In this document: positions 1-10,348 of the stretch, piece after piece
Position numbering within the stretch: position 1 is the first letter of the stretch
How the letters are laid out: each line of letters begins with the position of its first letter
The notes under the pieces: model-generated
What the model was told of the DNA's origin: nothing
The model's input: only the letters and a program-made list of their open reading frames with translations
The model's database searches: none
From: an uncultured Clostridia bacterium
GTDB lineage: Bacteria; Bacillota; Clostridia; Christensenellales; UBA1242
Length of the DNA stretch: 64,000 nt
Direction of reading: 5' to 3'
Assembly (NCBI GenBank): GCA_934747965.1
Contig: CAKVHI010000006.1
Span: forward strand, 14,162 to 78,161
Translations under genes and position numbers: made by a program

Positions 1-743
1 GACCGTTTTCTGATTCGATTATAAACAAAGAAGTTAAAGGTTTGACAGGTGAGGAATATCAACTTGATCAAGTAAGTCATGAACTTCAAGAATTATTTAA
101 AGATTATAATGTTAAAAGGATAGATTATAAGGAAGAAAGCCAAGGCAAAATTGCAACTTATAACTTTAACATGACTCTGGAGAATGGTCATGAATATTAT
201 TTGCAAGTGTCAAAAAAAGGTGGTGTGATAATCACAATTTCAAGTTATCAAAAATCTGTTAAAGATAATATTTCTTTAGAAGAATGTGAAAAGAAAGCCG
301 AAGAATTTGCAGATATGCTTGAAATTAAAAACATGAAAGCCGTTTGGAGTACTAAAATCAATAATGTGGCATATGTTAATCTTTGCACAATTATAAACGA
401 CACAATAATTTATCCTGAAATGATAAAAGTAAAAATTAGTTGTGATAGTGGAGAAATCATAGGTTGGGAAGCACGAACTTATGCTTATAACAAAACTGAA
501 AGAACAAACACAAAGCCTTCAAAAACAGCAAGTCAAGCTCGTGAAAGAGTTAGCAAACTTTTGGATATAGAAACCGAAAAGAAAGCTCTAATTCCACTTG
601 ATTTTAACCGAGAAGTTTTGTGTTATGAATTTAAGTGCACATATAATAATTATGTTTATTATGTTTATATTAACGCAGACACATTAGAAGAAGAAAATGT
701 TTTAAGAGTAATTGATACCTTAGATGGAAATTTAATGATGTAA
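1..743 (+). CDS. ypeB: YpeB-like germination protein (PepSY repeats); 5' end lies outside the window
   Basis: The frame of the 42..743 ORF stays open back to nt 3, so the TTG at 42 is not the true start. The translation shows PepSY-like modules (YYLQVSKKGGVIITISSY; YEFKCTYNNYVYYVYINADTLEEENVLRVID) arranged as in YpeB. Confidence 0.6.
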   Translation, partial: PFSDSIINKEVKGLTGEEYQLDQVSHELQELFKDYNVKRIDYKEESQGKIATYNFNMTLENGHEYYLQVSKKGGVIITISSYQKSVKDNISLEECEKKAEEFADMLEIKNMKAVWSTKINNVAYVNLCTIINDTIIYPEMIKVKISCDSGEIIGWEARTYAYNKTERTNTKPSKTASQARERVSKLLDIETEKKALIPLDFNREVLCYEFKCTYNNYVYYVYINADTLEEENVLRVIDTLDGNLMM

Positions 744-783
744 ATAATAAAAATTTCAGTCTAAATTATTTCAGATTAATAAA

Positions 784-820
784 AAGGAACTTTGCTTTAT
801 AGCATTGTTCCTTATTTTAT
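784..820. terminator. Bidirectional intrinsic terminator between convergent genes
   Basis: Hairpin AAGGAAC-tt-TGCT-ttat-AGCA-tt-GTTCCTT, with an A-run before it and a T-rich run after it. Confidence 0.6.
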
Positions 821-858
821 TTTGATAGTTTTAATACACTTAACCTTATTTTAAACTT

Positions 859-1194
859 TTAGACCCCTGCAAATTGATAAATATAAGGCAACATAACAGT
901 AGAGTAAATAACAGAAATTATTATAGTAACCCCAAGCGTTATCCCAAAAGTGATTCCCCATGACTTGATAAAAGTTTTTCTTGCAATGGTGTTTTCTGGG
1001 TAAAGGCAAATGCCAATAATCAAACCAATTAAACCAAGAAAAATGCCAAGCAAAACGCCCATGCCAGTTTTAGGCTCTGAATACATCTTTTGATTTATTT
1101 CAGAAATTGGGTCCTCTTTTTTTACGGCACATCCGCAATTAATGCAAACAACAGCGTCATCATTAATTTCTTTTCCACATTTTTGACAATACAT
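859..1194 (-). CDS. Zinc-ribbon membrane protein
   Basis: N-terminal CxxC...CxxC (MYCQKCGKEINDDAVVCINCGC) followed by two hydrophobic helices. Confidence 0.6.
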   Translation of the reverse strand: MYCQKCGKEINDDAVVCINCGCAVKKEDPISEINQKMYSEPKTGMGVLLGIFLGLIGLIIGICLYPENTIARKTFIKSWGITFGITLGVTIIISVIYSTVMLPYIYQFAGV

Positions 1195-1364
1195 ACAAAA
1201 CTCCTTATGAATAAATTATATTATAATTTGTTTTTATTGTCAATTATTTGTTGGTTAAATCTTTTGTAGTAAAATATTTTTGTAAAAAAATGGAAAAATA
1301 TGGAATTATAAATATTTTTGTAAAAAAACTAGACAATTTTAAAAAAAATGTTTATAATAAAATT

Positions 1365-2654
1365 ATGGAAAAGATAAATGAACAAAATTTACAAGAACTT
1401 GGTATATTTGAAATAAGAAATATCGCAAGAGAAGTTGGAGTATACTCTCCAACAACACTAAAAAAACAAGATTTAATTGAAAAAATTATGCAGGTTATAA
1501 ATGGAGAAGTTGAACCTTATGTGAAAAAAACAAAGCAGGGGCGACCTCCAAAAAACATAACAACAATCAACGATTTTATTGATGTTATTGTGCCAAAAAA
1601 AACTTTTGAACAGCGTTTTGATAATGCAAAAAACTACTATAATGTTTTTAATGATAATCAAACAAATTTAAATGTGGATGAAGTTGGAAAAAATGAGTTT
1701 TGTTTTAAAGGGCTTGTAAAAGTTTATAACAAAGAATATGCTTTATGCTTTTTAAGTTGCATTGACGACACAAAAAAGGATATAGTTTTTATAAACAACA
1801 TTCAAACTAGTTTTTATAAACTTAAAACTGGCGATGAAATAAGCGGAAAATATATTTTTGTTGATGAAGAAAAACCTTATATTTTAAAAGAAATATATTC
1901 AGTAAATGAAAATGTTGTTACCGAAGATTTCACAAGGAAAGAAGATTATTTAAATTTGATTGCTATAAGTCCTAATCAGAAATTAAAAACTAATATTTAT
2001 AAAGATGACGATGAGATTTTTGCAGACATTGATTTGTTTTGTCCAATAGCAAAAGGGCAAAGAATTTTGCTTAAATCAAAAGGCAATAATCAACTAAACA
2101 ACACAATTTTACACAGGCTTTCAACAGATGAAAACAACCTTAAAGGTTTGTCGATTTTGATTGATGAATCTCCAGAAAGTTATTATGATTTTCTTGCAAA
2201 TTCAAATTTTAAAGTTTTGAGCAACAACTACAATTCTTGCACAAATTTTGATTTAGAGTTTGATGTAAGGCTATCTAATCTTTTAAGAAAAGTTGAAGAA
2301 GGCTATGATATGGCTTTATACATAAACAGTCTTACAAAACTAGAAAAATATTTTGAAAATCATTCAATTTTGAAAAAACATTCGGTTGATGAAAGCTCTG
2401 TTATTGCATGGAATAACATAAAAGATATTATTTTGCTTGGGAAATATACAACTAATGCAGGAAGTTTAACCGTTATTGTTGGCGAAGATTTTAAAGAAAA
2501 TAACCTTATAGAAAGTTTGTTTAACAATATAATTTGTTATAATTATTCTAAATATGAATACACTCTTTTAACTGAAGATTGTAAAACTTTGAATATAGAA
2601 AAGATTCTAACAAAGTCTGAACTTAACAAACTAAAAGCAAAATTAAAAAATTAA
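1365..2654 (+). CDS. Rho-like protein with degenerate ATPase motifs (Rho_N + CSD-like RNA-binding domain + RecA-like core lacking a P-loop)
   Basis: Collinear with Rho: a Rho_N-like LQELGIFEIRNIAREVGVYSPTTLKKQDLIEKI, then KLKTGDEISGKY (Rho: LRTGDTISGK). DLFCPIAKGQRILLKSKGNNQLN replaces DLxxPIGKGQRGLIVAPPKAGKT. ILIDESPE, DMALYINSLTKL (Rho: DVIILLDSITRL) and AGSLTVIV (Rho: GGSLTII) follow. ATG 1365 is preferred over the track's TTG 1248 because TATAAT at 1353-1358 lies 6 nt upstream. Confidence 0.7.
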   Translation: MEKINEQNLQELGIFEIRNIAREVGVYSPTTLKKQDLIEKIMQVINGEVEPYVKKTKQGRPPKNITTINDFIDVIVPKKTFEQRFDNAKNYYNVFNDNQTNLNVDEVGKNEFCFKGLVKVYNKEYALCFLSCIDDTKKDIVFINNIQTSFYKLKTGDEISGKYIFVDEEKPYILKEIYSVNENVVTEDFTRKEDYLNLIAISPNQKLKTNIYKDDDEIFADIDLFCPIAKGQRILLKSKGNNQLNNTILHRLSTDENNLKGLSILIDESPESYYDFLANSNFKVLSNNYNSCTNFDLEFDVRLSNLLRKVEEGYDMALYINSLTKLEKYFENHSILKKHSVDESSVIAWNNIKDIILLGKYTTNAGSLTVIVGEDFKENNLIESLFNNIICYNYSKYEYTLLTEDCKTLNIEKILTKSELNKLKAKLKN

Positions 2655-2664
2655 GTTTAAAAGC

Positions 2665-2701
2665 AAAAAAAACATACTAACAAAAATTAGTATGTTTTTT
2701 A
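2665..2701. terminator. Bidirectional intrinsic terminator
   Basis: ACATACTAA-caaaaa-TTAGTATGT (9-bp stem) flanked by an A-run and a T-run, between convergent genes. Confidence 0.75.
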
Positions 2702-2712
2702 TTTAATTGTTA

Positions 2713-5700
2713 TTATTTAACTTTCATTTTAGTCCTTAACTTAACAAACAAGAATATTCCTCCTGCAACGACTAAAACAGCAATGACAATAACGATTATT
2801 GAAACTGCAGAAAGAGGCTCTTTTTTGTTTAGAACAAAACTTAATTCTGTATTCCCACTTGATGATTTTACTTGCACGACATATGTTCCTTTTGCATCTT
2901 TTGGAATAACAAAAGTGCTAACATCATTTATGCTTGAATTGTTAATTTCAGCAATCACATTATTGTTGACATAAATCTTACATTCACCAATTTGAGTGAA
3001 AATTAAATAAGGGTTATATGATAAAGTGATTTCTTTAGAAGTTTCTCCACCTTCAGCAAGTGTGGAATTTATTTTTATTTTTGCATCTTTATCTCTAATC
3101 CAAACCTTGAATGAATAATTTTGCTGACCTAAAATCAAATTTTGAGAAGATACAAACACTTCATATTCGCCACCTGCAAGATATTTAGCAAGAGTAACAA
3201 TGTCGTTGCCTTCATCATCTTTTGAAATAGAATTTGTATATTCGATTTCGCTTTTTAATGTTAAATTGTAAAGATATGTTTTTTCAAAATCGGACTCAAG
3301 CAAAACTTTTAATTGTTCAAGACTTGACTGATTATATGTTCCATCTTCTTGTGTGTAGATAGGGAATAAGGCAAGAATACGCTTGATTAAAGTTGTTGCA
3401 TCTTTTCCATCTTTCATTACTTTTGTAATGTTTTGACCATTCAAACTTACAAAACTAAATTCTTTTATAGCTTCATTGCTATTTAATATAGTAAAGAATA
3501 TAGTCTTTTTAATTTCAGGGCCATTAGTTGTCAATCTGCCAGAAACTGTAACTTTATAGAAGCCATAATCAGAGAAAATATAATTTTTGTTATCATCTTT
3601 TTTGATGCTCTTTATTTCATTATTATTTAACCATGCTTCAACTTTAAGACCATTTGCTCCTGTTACATATTGTTTTTCATTTAGTATAGTTAAACTAACA
3701 TCAGAATTAAAGATTTGATAATCTACAGGGATTTCATTATTTAATTGGATAGGGACTTCTTTATAAATTGCTAGATTTAAGAAAGTGTTTCCGCTGAATA
3801 GTTGAATGTTGCCAGCAAGGTCCTCAATATATAAACTGTAAATTCCACTTGGAACATCATCTAGTGTTATGATTTGTTCTTGATTTTCAGAATCAATGCT
3901 ATAAATATTTTCATTTAATTCTAACAACTTGTTGTTATAGAATAATTTTAAAACGATTTTGTTTGATTCATCGCTATTTATAATAGGCAATTTCAAAACA
4001 ATTCCATTCAAACCTGTTACAGTATATCCTTTAATAGCAATTTCAGAGTTATCACTAGCATCTGTAATTGAAAGGTTGCTTTCATTTTCAGTGTTATTCA
4101 AAGAGATGTTCAAAAAGTTTGAATTATAATCAATTTTTTTGATTGCGATGTATTTAAATGTGTCAGTGCCTTTCAAAATTTGATAAAGTTTGTAATCTTT
4201 AAAGGCATCTGTTGGAGTTAATGTTTTTAAATCTAAATTAAAGTCGTGATTTACTATAACTTTAGCCTCATAAATTGAGTAATAAACTTCAAAACTTTGA
4301 GGATTTGTGCTTTCAGTGAATTCAATACTTTTAACTGAGCAAGAAACAAGTTCAAAGTTTGTTATATTTTCTTCATTTGTTTCAACGGTGTAGGTCTTGT
4401 TTGTGGCTGTTGTAATATTGAATTTGTAAGTATTCTTTTTGCCAAGTTCGTTTATTGCAACAATTTCATAATTACCTAGGTCAGAGAATGTGTAATCAGT
4501 TGTTGTTATGTTAAATTCTTGTTTTTGTTCTTTTCCGCTTATTGTGTAAGTTCGCGTTACTGAAATATATTGCAAATTAAACAAAGTGTTGTTAATGAAA
4601 CTTAAATGAACATTTTTAGAAGTTGAAATAATGTTATCTTTTTCATTAGCAAAAATTCTTAAACTGTTTCCAGAGCTGTCTGTAAATTCAATTTGAGGCA
4701 TATAAGGGTAGTAGATATAACTATAAACAGTTTGACTTTGAAGTTCTTCATCTAATTTTGTCAAGTCAGTTAAAGTTACAATAAACTTAATTTGACTGTT
4801 AATGTAATCATCTCCAACTAATGAGAACAAGTCTAATTCTGTAGTTTTTTCTGTGATTTCTTTTTTATTTTTGTAAGTGTTTGGAAGTAGTTGATATTCA
4901 AATTCTATGTTATATAATTCTGGGTTGTATTGGAATTTTATTCCTTCTGAATATTGAGTGTAATTTTCGCCATTTTTAGTTACAAATCCAGCGCCATTTT
5001 CAAATATAAATTTGCTTTCGCTTTTTTCACCCAAATATCTAACAGCACTTTGAATTCTTCCAAAATTATCTTCCCAAACAAAGTAATAAACTTTTATTGC
5101 ATTTCTAATCTGTTCGTTGTTTTCATCATCTAAAACATAACAAGTATCGTTAAAAGTGAAAACATAGTTTTGACTATTAAACAATTCATCAGGTATCTCG
5201 GCTTTATTTGAATCTTTTTTAAGTCTTTCTCCTTTTTTTCCGTCTATTACTGGATAAACACTTAAAGATTTAATGTAAGTTGCGTTTTCACTTGAATTAG
5301 GGATTGTTAAAACGATTTTGTTATTGTCGTAATTTTTAATAAAATCTTTAATTTCAAATTCTTTGTTTGGTGTTGAATTTGTGATTGTTAAAGTTTTTCC
5401 AAATTGATTTGAAATTGTTATTTTGCAAACATTTCCATATTCATTTATTTGTGCAAAATTCTTCATTATGGAGTTAATTCTTTCAACCAACAAATTACAC
5501 TGTGTAAAATAATCAAACTTAGAATCATTAACAGCAAAAGGTAGGTATCTTAAATTAAATTCTTCACTATTATTGCCGTTTTCATTAATCAAAACTTTGA
5601 CAGTAAGAAAATTAAAATCATTATTTGTTGAAATTGCTGTTAACTTAAATTGAGGGTCAATTAAATTTGTTTCACTAGAAGTTGTTGTTTGTTCTTCATT

Positions 5701-8700
5701 ACTACCACTTACGGAATATTTAGCCAACAAACCTTGGCTTTCAGTGTAATAAACGGTGTAAACAGAATAGTTGCCAGCCTCATCTGCTTCTATAATTTCA
5801 TAATAGCCTTCTCCTTGGTCGAAGAATGTTTCAGTAATAGAGTTGTATTCTTTGGTTGAGTAAAGTTTTTTACCATCTGTTGTGTAAGTGTTTATATCAA
5901 AACGGTATCTTGATATTGTTTGGTCAGAAAATCTTGCATCTCCCAAAACTAAACTTTGCATATTTTCAATGTTTTGACCAGCAAATTTTTCATATTTTCT
6001 TATATAAATGTTTGCAGTATCAGTTTCATCTGATTTTGTTGGGGCAGAGTTTACAACAAAAACATAATTGTCAAAATTAATATCATTTGATATATCTTTG
6101 TTAACCAAACTTAGTTTTAATTGTTCTTTTTCTGTGTCAAGTAAGAAATTGTCTTGTTGAAGATATTTAATGAAATTTGTGTTTGGACTTGTGTGGTCTA
6201 TTATCATTTCATAATCACAAGTTGAATAATTATTTTGATATTTACTGTCTATGTTATAAGACAAAATCAAATTATATTTTGCTTCCAAACTTTTTCCATT
6301 TTCGAACAAAACATCACTATTTTTTGAAGGGTCAAGAATTGTTAGTATATATTTAAATCTTGAAAGACCTATTTCTGTGCTCTTAAAATTAAATACATTA
6401 CCAATGCTAGAAATATAGTAAATAGTTTTTCCGTTTTCTAGTGTAAATGAGCCAGTTTTTTGAATGTCATTTTCTTTTGTCGTTCTAAAAATAACATTGC
6501 CGTTTTGTTTTAAAATAATGTTGTTTAGGTCTATTGCATACAAAAATTCATCTTCAGGGTCGGTAAATTCAAAACTTAAAGTGCTTGAATTTGTGCTTTT
6601 AACATTGTCTAATTTCTCATTTTCATCTTTTACAAAATATCCAGACGGTGTATTTTTGTTTGTTTTGATTTTTAGTTCAACATAGTTGGCATATTTTTTG
6701 ATTTGATCATATTTGTCTTTACCAGCCAAGTTGTAGTTATCAAAGTCAAAGAATGTGTTGTCAAAAATCAATAATGAATATTCGCCACTACTCAAAGAGA
6801 AATTAGTTATTCTTTCATATTCTTTTTCATCTGTTTTAAATAAAGCAAAGTTGATTTTTAAATTATCTTTATCTTCATTATTCAAACTTTCATATTTATA
6901 AACAAAATTTTGTTTTTCTGAGTTTTTCCATGCAAAATTTAGCATATTTGTTGATAAAGGAATATTGTTTAAAATTAGTTTGTAAATTTTATCTGCTGAA
7001 AGTTCTTTTGCATCAAGAGTAATATTAATATTTTTGCCAATCAAAGTGCTTTGTAATGATTCAAAATAACTTATAGGTGAGTGTCTGTCTACATAAAATG
7101 TTTGAGTGATAGAAGTTTTGTTCTTATAAGTTTTTGTTATGACATATTTTCCTTCCTTAGAAACATACTTTCCGTCTTTATAAGTCAAAACTATTGATTT
7201 CACAATATAATCGCCATAAGCGTTGTTTTCAAAAACCATGTTGCCACTTTCTTTAAGTTCCAAAAGATTATATTGTTCACTTATGCTAGAGAATTTAATT
7301 TGATTATCCGTTTCAACAAAAGGATAAAAATCAAGTATTAAACTTTCCAAATCAAAGCCGTCATTATTAATTTTGTTTTTAAAAGTAATATAAACATTTT
7401 CACTGTTAGTAGGGTGGGTTTTATAAACTCTTGAAGTTATATTATCTTTCTTTCCAAAAATTAAAATTTGATTTCTATCTGTGTTAAGATTAAACTTTTT
7501 AGAAACATCTTTTAATGAAATTGTGTAAATACAATCAAATTCTTTATTTTCTGTGTTTTTTGAAAGGTCAATGCTAAAGATATTGTGTTCAACTTCACAT
7601 TCAATCGTTTTAATTTCATTTTCACTATGTTTGCTAAAAATCTTTCTTTCAATTTTTATTTTATCTAATTTGCTTTTTAAATAAGTTGTGCCAGTTGTCA
7701 AATTTGTATCATTAAAATATTCTTTTGCAAAACTAAGATTGTTGTCATCAATTTTAAATTCAAGAACCTTATAATCTCCAAAAATAACAGAGTAGTTGTC
7801 GGAAATTAGGTTCAAAGAATTGTCTTTTTCATTAAGAATTGCTTCGTTATTTGATACATCAACTAATTTTTTGCTTTCTGCGAGAGCAGAGACCAAACTA
7901 TTGCTTTCAAGAGCGATGCTTGGAGAATTATCAAACAAAACAAAGAAGGTCTGTTTGTTTCCAGCAAGGTCAGTAATTGTAAATTTATAAAGTGCGTTAA
8001 TGGAAATTATTGCATTTGTATTGTCATCTTTAATTTGAAGATTTGATAGGTTTGAAAGATTGTTTAAAGTGTTATTTGAATAAGTTAAATTTTTTCTAAT
8101 ACTGTTTAGTTGATAGTTGTTATAAATCAACAAGTCTTTATCATCAAAATCATATAGTTTGTCTGCTTTTTGATAATTTAAAGAAATGTAATCATAAGTA
8201 ACAGAAATTAAATTGCTTTTGATTTTTTTGTCTTGAACAAAAACTGCAAAATTTTTGTCTGTGCTTGCTTTATTTTCATTTAATGATATTGAAGATAATG
8301 CAAAACGATTTTCTTTTTTCTCGACACTTACAACATCAAACAAAATTTCAGTGGTGTCAATAACAAATCTTTTTTCTATTGTTACTTCACTTGTGCCATA
8401 AGTTAGTTGTACCAAATATTCGCCATTTGTTTTTTTATCAAAATATATATAGTTTTGTGAATTATTTGATTTAATTGAGTAGTCTTTATTCTCTTGCAAA
8501 ATTGTGCCATTTCTGGTTACTTTAATTTTGCTTGGAAGAACAAACGGATTTGTTTGGTCTTTGTTCCAAACACAATAAACATCTTGATTTGTAAACCCAT
8601 TTGCATTAACTAAAGTGCTAAATTGTTCATCGTTATAGAAGTTTAATTGTGGGGTAGAGTTTTCAATTTTAAATATCAAAACTTTATAAAAAGTATCATC

Positions 8701-10164
8701 TTTATAAGTTTGGAATTTGTAAGGAATTATAACAACATACAAACCTTCTTTTTCAAAACGCTTGCTTGTTGTGAAGTCGGATTCACTTGAGCCAAACTCA
8801 TATTCATTAGTCGAAGAGTTTTTGCTAATTAAATAATATTTTGCTCCGCTTAAATTCTCTGTAACATAACTATTTATTTTGATTGGTGCTTGATTTGTTA
8901 CTGCAACTTTGTCTAAAAAATTAGCATTGTTGTTTAAATAAGAAATCACATTATTAATTGTTGCTACATTTTTATCATCTATTTTTTCATAAAAATCTTC
9001 AATATAACTAAAATCACTTTGATATAAATCATTATACAAACATTTGTAATCTTGATTTAAGCGTTTAATATCGTTGTTTGTTTCTTGATAATTTTTATAT
9101 AATGCTTCGTATCCAAAATTGTAAAGCAAAGGAGTTTTAAGGCTTTTAACATTGCTTGATTTTTCTTCATCAAGAATTGTTAAATTTTTGTTTTCACCTA
9201 TGCAAATCAAATATTTTATTTCATATTTTCCAATTCTGTTAAGTTCTAATTTAAGTTTTGATTCATTCAAAGTTAAAATTTTGCTTTCATAAATATTGTT
9301 GTCGGAAGATACTAATTTAAATTTAGTAACATTATTTTCTTCCATACTTTCAATTTTTAAAGTAACAGAAGTTTCGTTGTATGTATAATTTATAATTGGC
9401 GAAAATTTGTATGGATCAAAAGTTATAGTAGGGTAGTTTGCATTACTCTTATTGTAAAAATACACATCAGTTTCATTTCCATTTTGCAGACAATTTTCAA
9501 TTTTAGGGCTATTTTCACCATTTTTGCCAAAGTAAATTGTTTCATCTATTAAATAAAAATCAAACGAAGTTGAGTCGCTTATAATATTAGTGCCGTTTGT
9601 GGTGTAGGAATAATTAAATGTAAGATCGATATGAGCACTTTCTGAATATTCAACATTTGAAAGAGTTGTTTGAATTGTTGAAAAATCAAATGCTTTTATT
9701 AACACAAAATTTTGTGAGCCTGATATTACATTGTATGAATCAAGCAAGAAAGATTTTTTATCGTTTTTAGTGTAAATCGTAAGGCTTGTAGACAACATTT
9801 TGATAAAAGTTGTGTTTTGGCTTGGAGATAAATATACCAAAACGGCTTCGTAATTATCAGGATTAATAGATGCTACATTGCCACTAGAAATTAAATTGTC
9901 ATCTTCTGTGCTGTTTAAAATGCTATCTTTTTTATTATAAAGTTCTTCTTCAGTATATTCACCAAGATGTTTTGGAATGTTTTGCCCCTCTTCATCTTTT
10001 GAAATATTATTATCGCTATATTTCACTTTTTTTACAGTCAAACTTACACTAGTGGATGCTGCTTCAAGGCTTACTGTGTTTATTGGATTTATAACGCCAA
10101 ATAAACCAGCAAATAATGCTAGTGCAAAAACAATGATAAAAGACATTTTTTTAAATTTACTCAT
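2713..10164 (-). CDS. Giant (2483 aa) secreted, C-terminally membrane-anchored surface protein; putative adhesin built from divergent beta-sandwich modules
   Basis: A 7.45-kb uninterrupted ORF in AT-rich DNA. Signal peptide MSKFKKMSFIIVFALALFAGLFGVINPINTVSLEAAS. C-terminal helix plus basic tail VSIIVIVIAVLVVAGGIFLFVKLRTKMKVK, and no LPXTG. Recurrent G-x-Y-x-hydrophobic strand signature, three times followed by D/E-x-AGN. Confidence 0.85.
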   Translation of the reverse strand: MSKFKKMSFIIVFALALFAGLFGVINPINTVSLEAASTSVSLTVKKVKYSDNNISKDEEGQNIPKHLGEYTEEELYNKKDSILNSTEDDNLISSGNVASINPDNYEAVLVYLSPSQNTTFIKMLSTSLTIYTKNDKKSFLLDSYNVISGSQNFVLIKAFDFSTIQTTLSNVEYSESAHIDLTFNYSYTTNGTNIISDSTSFDFYLIDETIYFGKNGENSPKIENCLQNGNETDVYFYNKSNANYPTITFDPYKFSPIINYTYNETSVTLKIESMEENNVTKFKLVSSDNNIYESKILTLNESKLKLELNRIGKYEIKYLICIGENKNLTILDEEKSSNVKSLKTPLLYNFGYEALYKNYQETNNDIKRLNQDYKCLYNDLYQSDFSYIEDFYEKIDDKNVATINNVISYLNNNANFLDKVAVTNQAPIKINSYVTENLSGAKYYLISKNSSTNEYEFGSSESDFTTSKRFEKEGLYVVIIPYKFQTYKDDTFYKVLIFKIENSTPQLNFYNDEQFSTLVNANGFTNQDVYCVWNKDQTNPFVLPSKIKVTRNGTILQENKDYSIKSNNSQNYIYFDKKTNGEYLVQLTYGTSEVTIEKRFVIDTTEILFDVVSVEKKENRFALSSISLNENKASTDKNFAVFVQDKKIKSNLISVTYDYISLNYQKADKLYDFDDKDLLIYNNYQLNSIRKNLTYSNNTLNNLSNLSNLQIKDDNTNAIISINALYKFTITDLAGNKQTFFVLFDNSPSIALESNSLVSALAESKKLVDVSNNEAILNEKDNSLNLISDNYSVIFGDYKVLEFKIDDNNLSFAKEYFNDTNLTTGTTYLKSKLDKIKIERKIFSKHSENEIKTIECEVEHNIFSIDLSKNTENKEFDCIYTISLKDVSKKFNLNTDRNQILIFGKKDNITSRVYKTHPTNSENVYITFKNKINNDGFDLESLILDFYPFVETDNQIKFSSISEQYNLLELKESGNMVFENNAYGDYIVKSIVLTYKDGKYVSKEGKYVITKTYKNKTSITQTFYVDRHSPISYFESLQSTLIGKNINITLDAKELSADKIYKLILNNIPLSTNMLNFAWKNSEKQNFVYKYESLNNEDKDNLKINFALFKTDEKEYERITNFSLSSGEYSLLIFDNTFFDFDNYNLAGKDKYDQIKKYANYVELKIKTNKNTPSGYFVKDENEKLDNVKSTNSSTLSFEFTDPEDEFLYAIDLNNIILKQNGNVIFRTTKENDIQKTGSFTLENGKTIYYISSIGNVFNFKSTEIGLSRFKYILTILDPSKNSDVLFENGKSLEAKYNLILSYNIDSKYQNNYSTCDYEMIIDHTSPNTNFIKYLQQDNFLLDTEKEQLKLSLVNKDISNDINFDNYVFVVNSAPTKSDETDTANIYIRKYEKFAGQNIENMQSLVLGDARFSDQTISRYRFDINTYTTDGKKLYSTKEYNSITETFFDQGEGYYEIIEADEAGNYSVYTVYYTESQGLLAKYSVSGSNEEQTTTSSETNLIDPQFKLTAISTNNDFNFLTVKVLINENGNNSEEFNLRYLPFAVNDSKFDYFTQCNLLVERINSIMKNFAQINEYGNVCKITISNQFGKTLTITNSTPNKEFEIKDFIKNYDNNKIVLTIPNSSENATYIKSLSVYPVIDGKKGERLKKDSNKAEIPDELFNSQNYVFTFNDTCYVLDDENNEQIRNAIKVYYFVWEDNFGRIQSAVRYLGEKSESKFIFENGAGFVTKNGENYTQYSEGIKFQYNPELYNIEFEYQLLPNTYKNKKEITEKTTELDLFSLVGDDYINSQIKFIVTLTDLTKLDEELQSQTVYSYIYYPYMPQIEFTDSSGNSLRIFANEKDNIISTSKNVHLSFINNTLFNLQYISVTRTYTISGKEQKQEFNITTTDYTFSDLGNYEIVAINELGKKNTYKFNITTATNKTYTVETNEENITNFELVSCSVKSIEFTESTNPQSFEVYYSIYEAKVIVNHDFNLDLKTLTPTDAFKDYKLYQILKGTDTFKYIAIKKIDYNSNFLNISLNNTENESNLSITDASDNSEIAIKGYTVTGLNGIVLKLPIINSDESNKIVLKLFYNNKLLELNENIYSIDSENQEQIITLDDVPSGIYSLYIEDLAGNIQLFSGNTFLNLAIYKEVPIQLNNEIPVDYQIFNSDVSLTILNEKQYVTGANGLKVEAWLNNNEIKSIKKDDNKNYIFSDYGFYKVTVSGRLTTNGPEIKKTIFFTILNSNEAIKEFSFVSLNGQNITKVMKDGKDATTLIKRILALFPIYTQEDGTYNQSSLEQLKVLLESDFEKTYLYNLTLKSEIEYTNSISKDDEGNDIVTLAKYLAGGEYEVFVSSQNLILGQQNYSFKVWIRDKDAKIKINSTLAEGGETSKEITLSYNPYLIFTQIGECKIYVNNNVIAEINNSSINDVSTFVIPKDAKGTYVVQVKSSSGNTELSFVLNKKEPLSAVSIIVIVIAVLVVAGGIFLFVKLRTKMKVK

Positions 10165-10348
10165 AATAACTCCTACTTTAATATGAATATTTTAACATAT
10201 TTTCAAATTTCAAATCAAACAAATAAATATATTATTTAAAAATAATTTATATATAATATACATTCTTATTTTTTGTTAAATTTTTATTTTTATCAAATTA
10301 ATTAAGTTATTGTAAAAAATTTTTTATAAAGCATTGAAATTATCCAAA

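Noticed and set aside
1248-1364. Upstream-extended starts proposed by the ORF track (for example TTG 1248, 17258, 26232, 30096, 44518, 45422, 58219)
   Set aside because: In each case the homologous N-terminus begins at an internal ATG. That ATG is preceded either by an SD or by a -10 hexamer at leaderless spacing. The extensions cover promoter or leader sequence.
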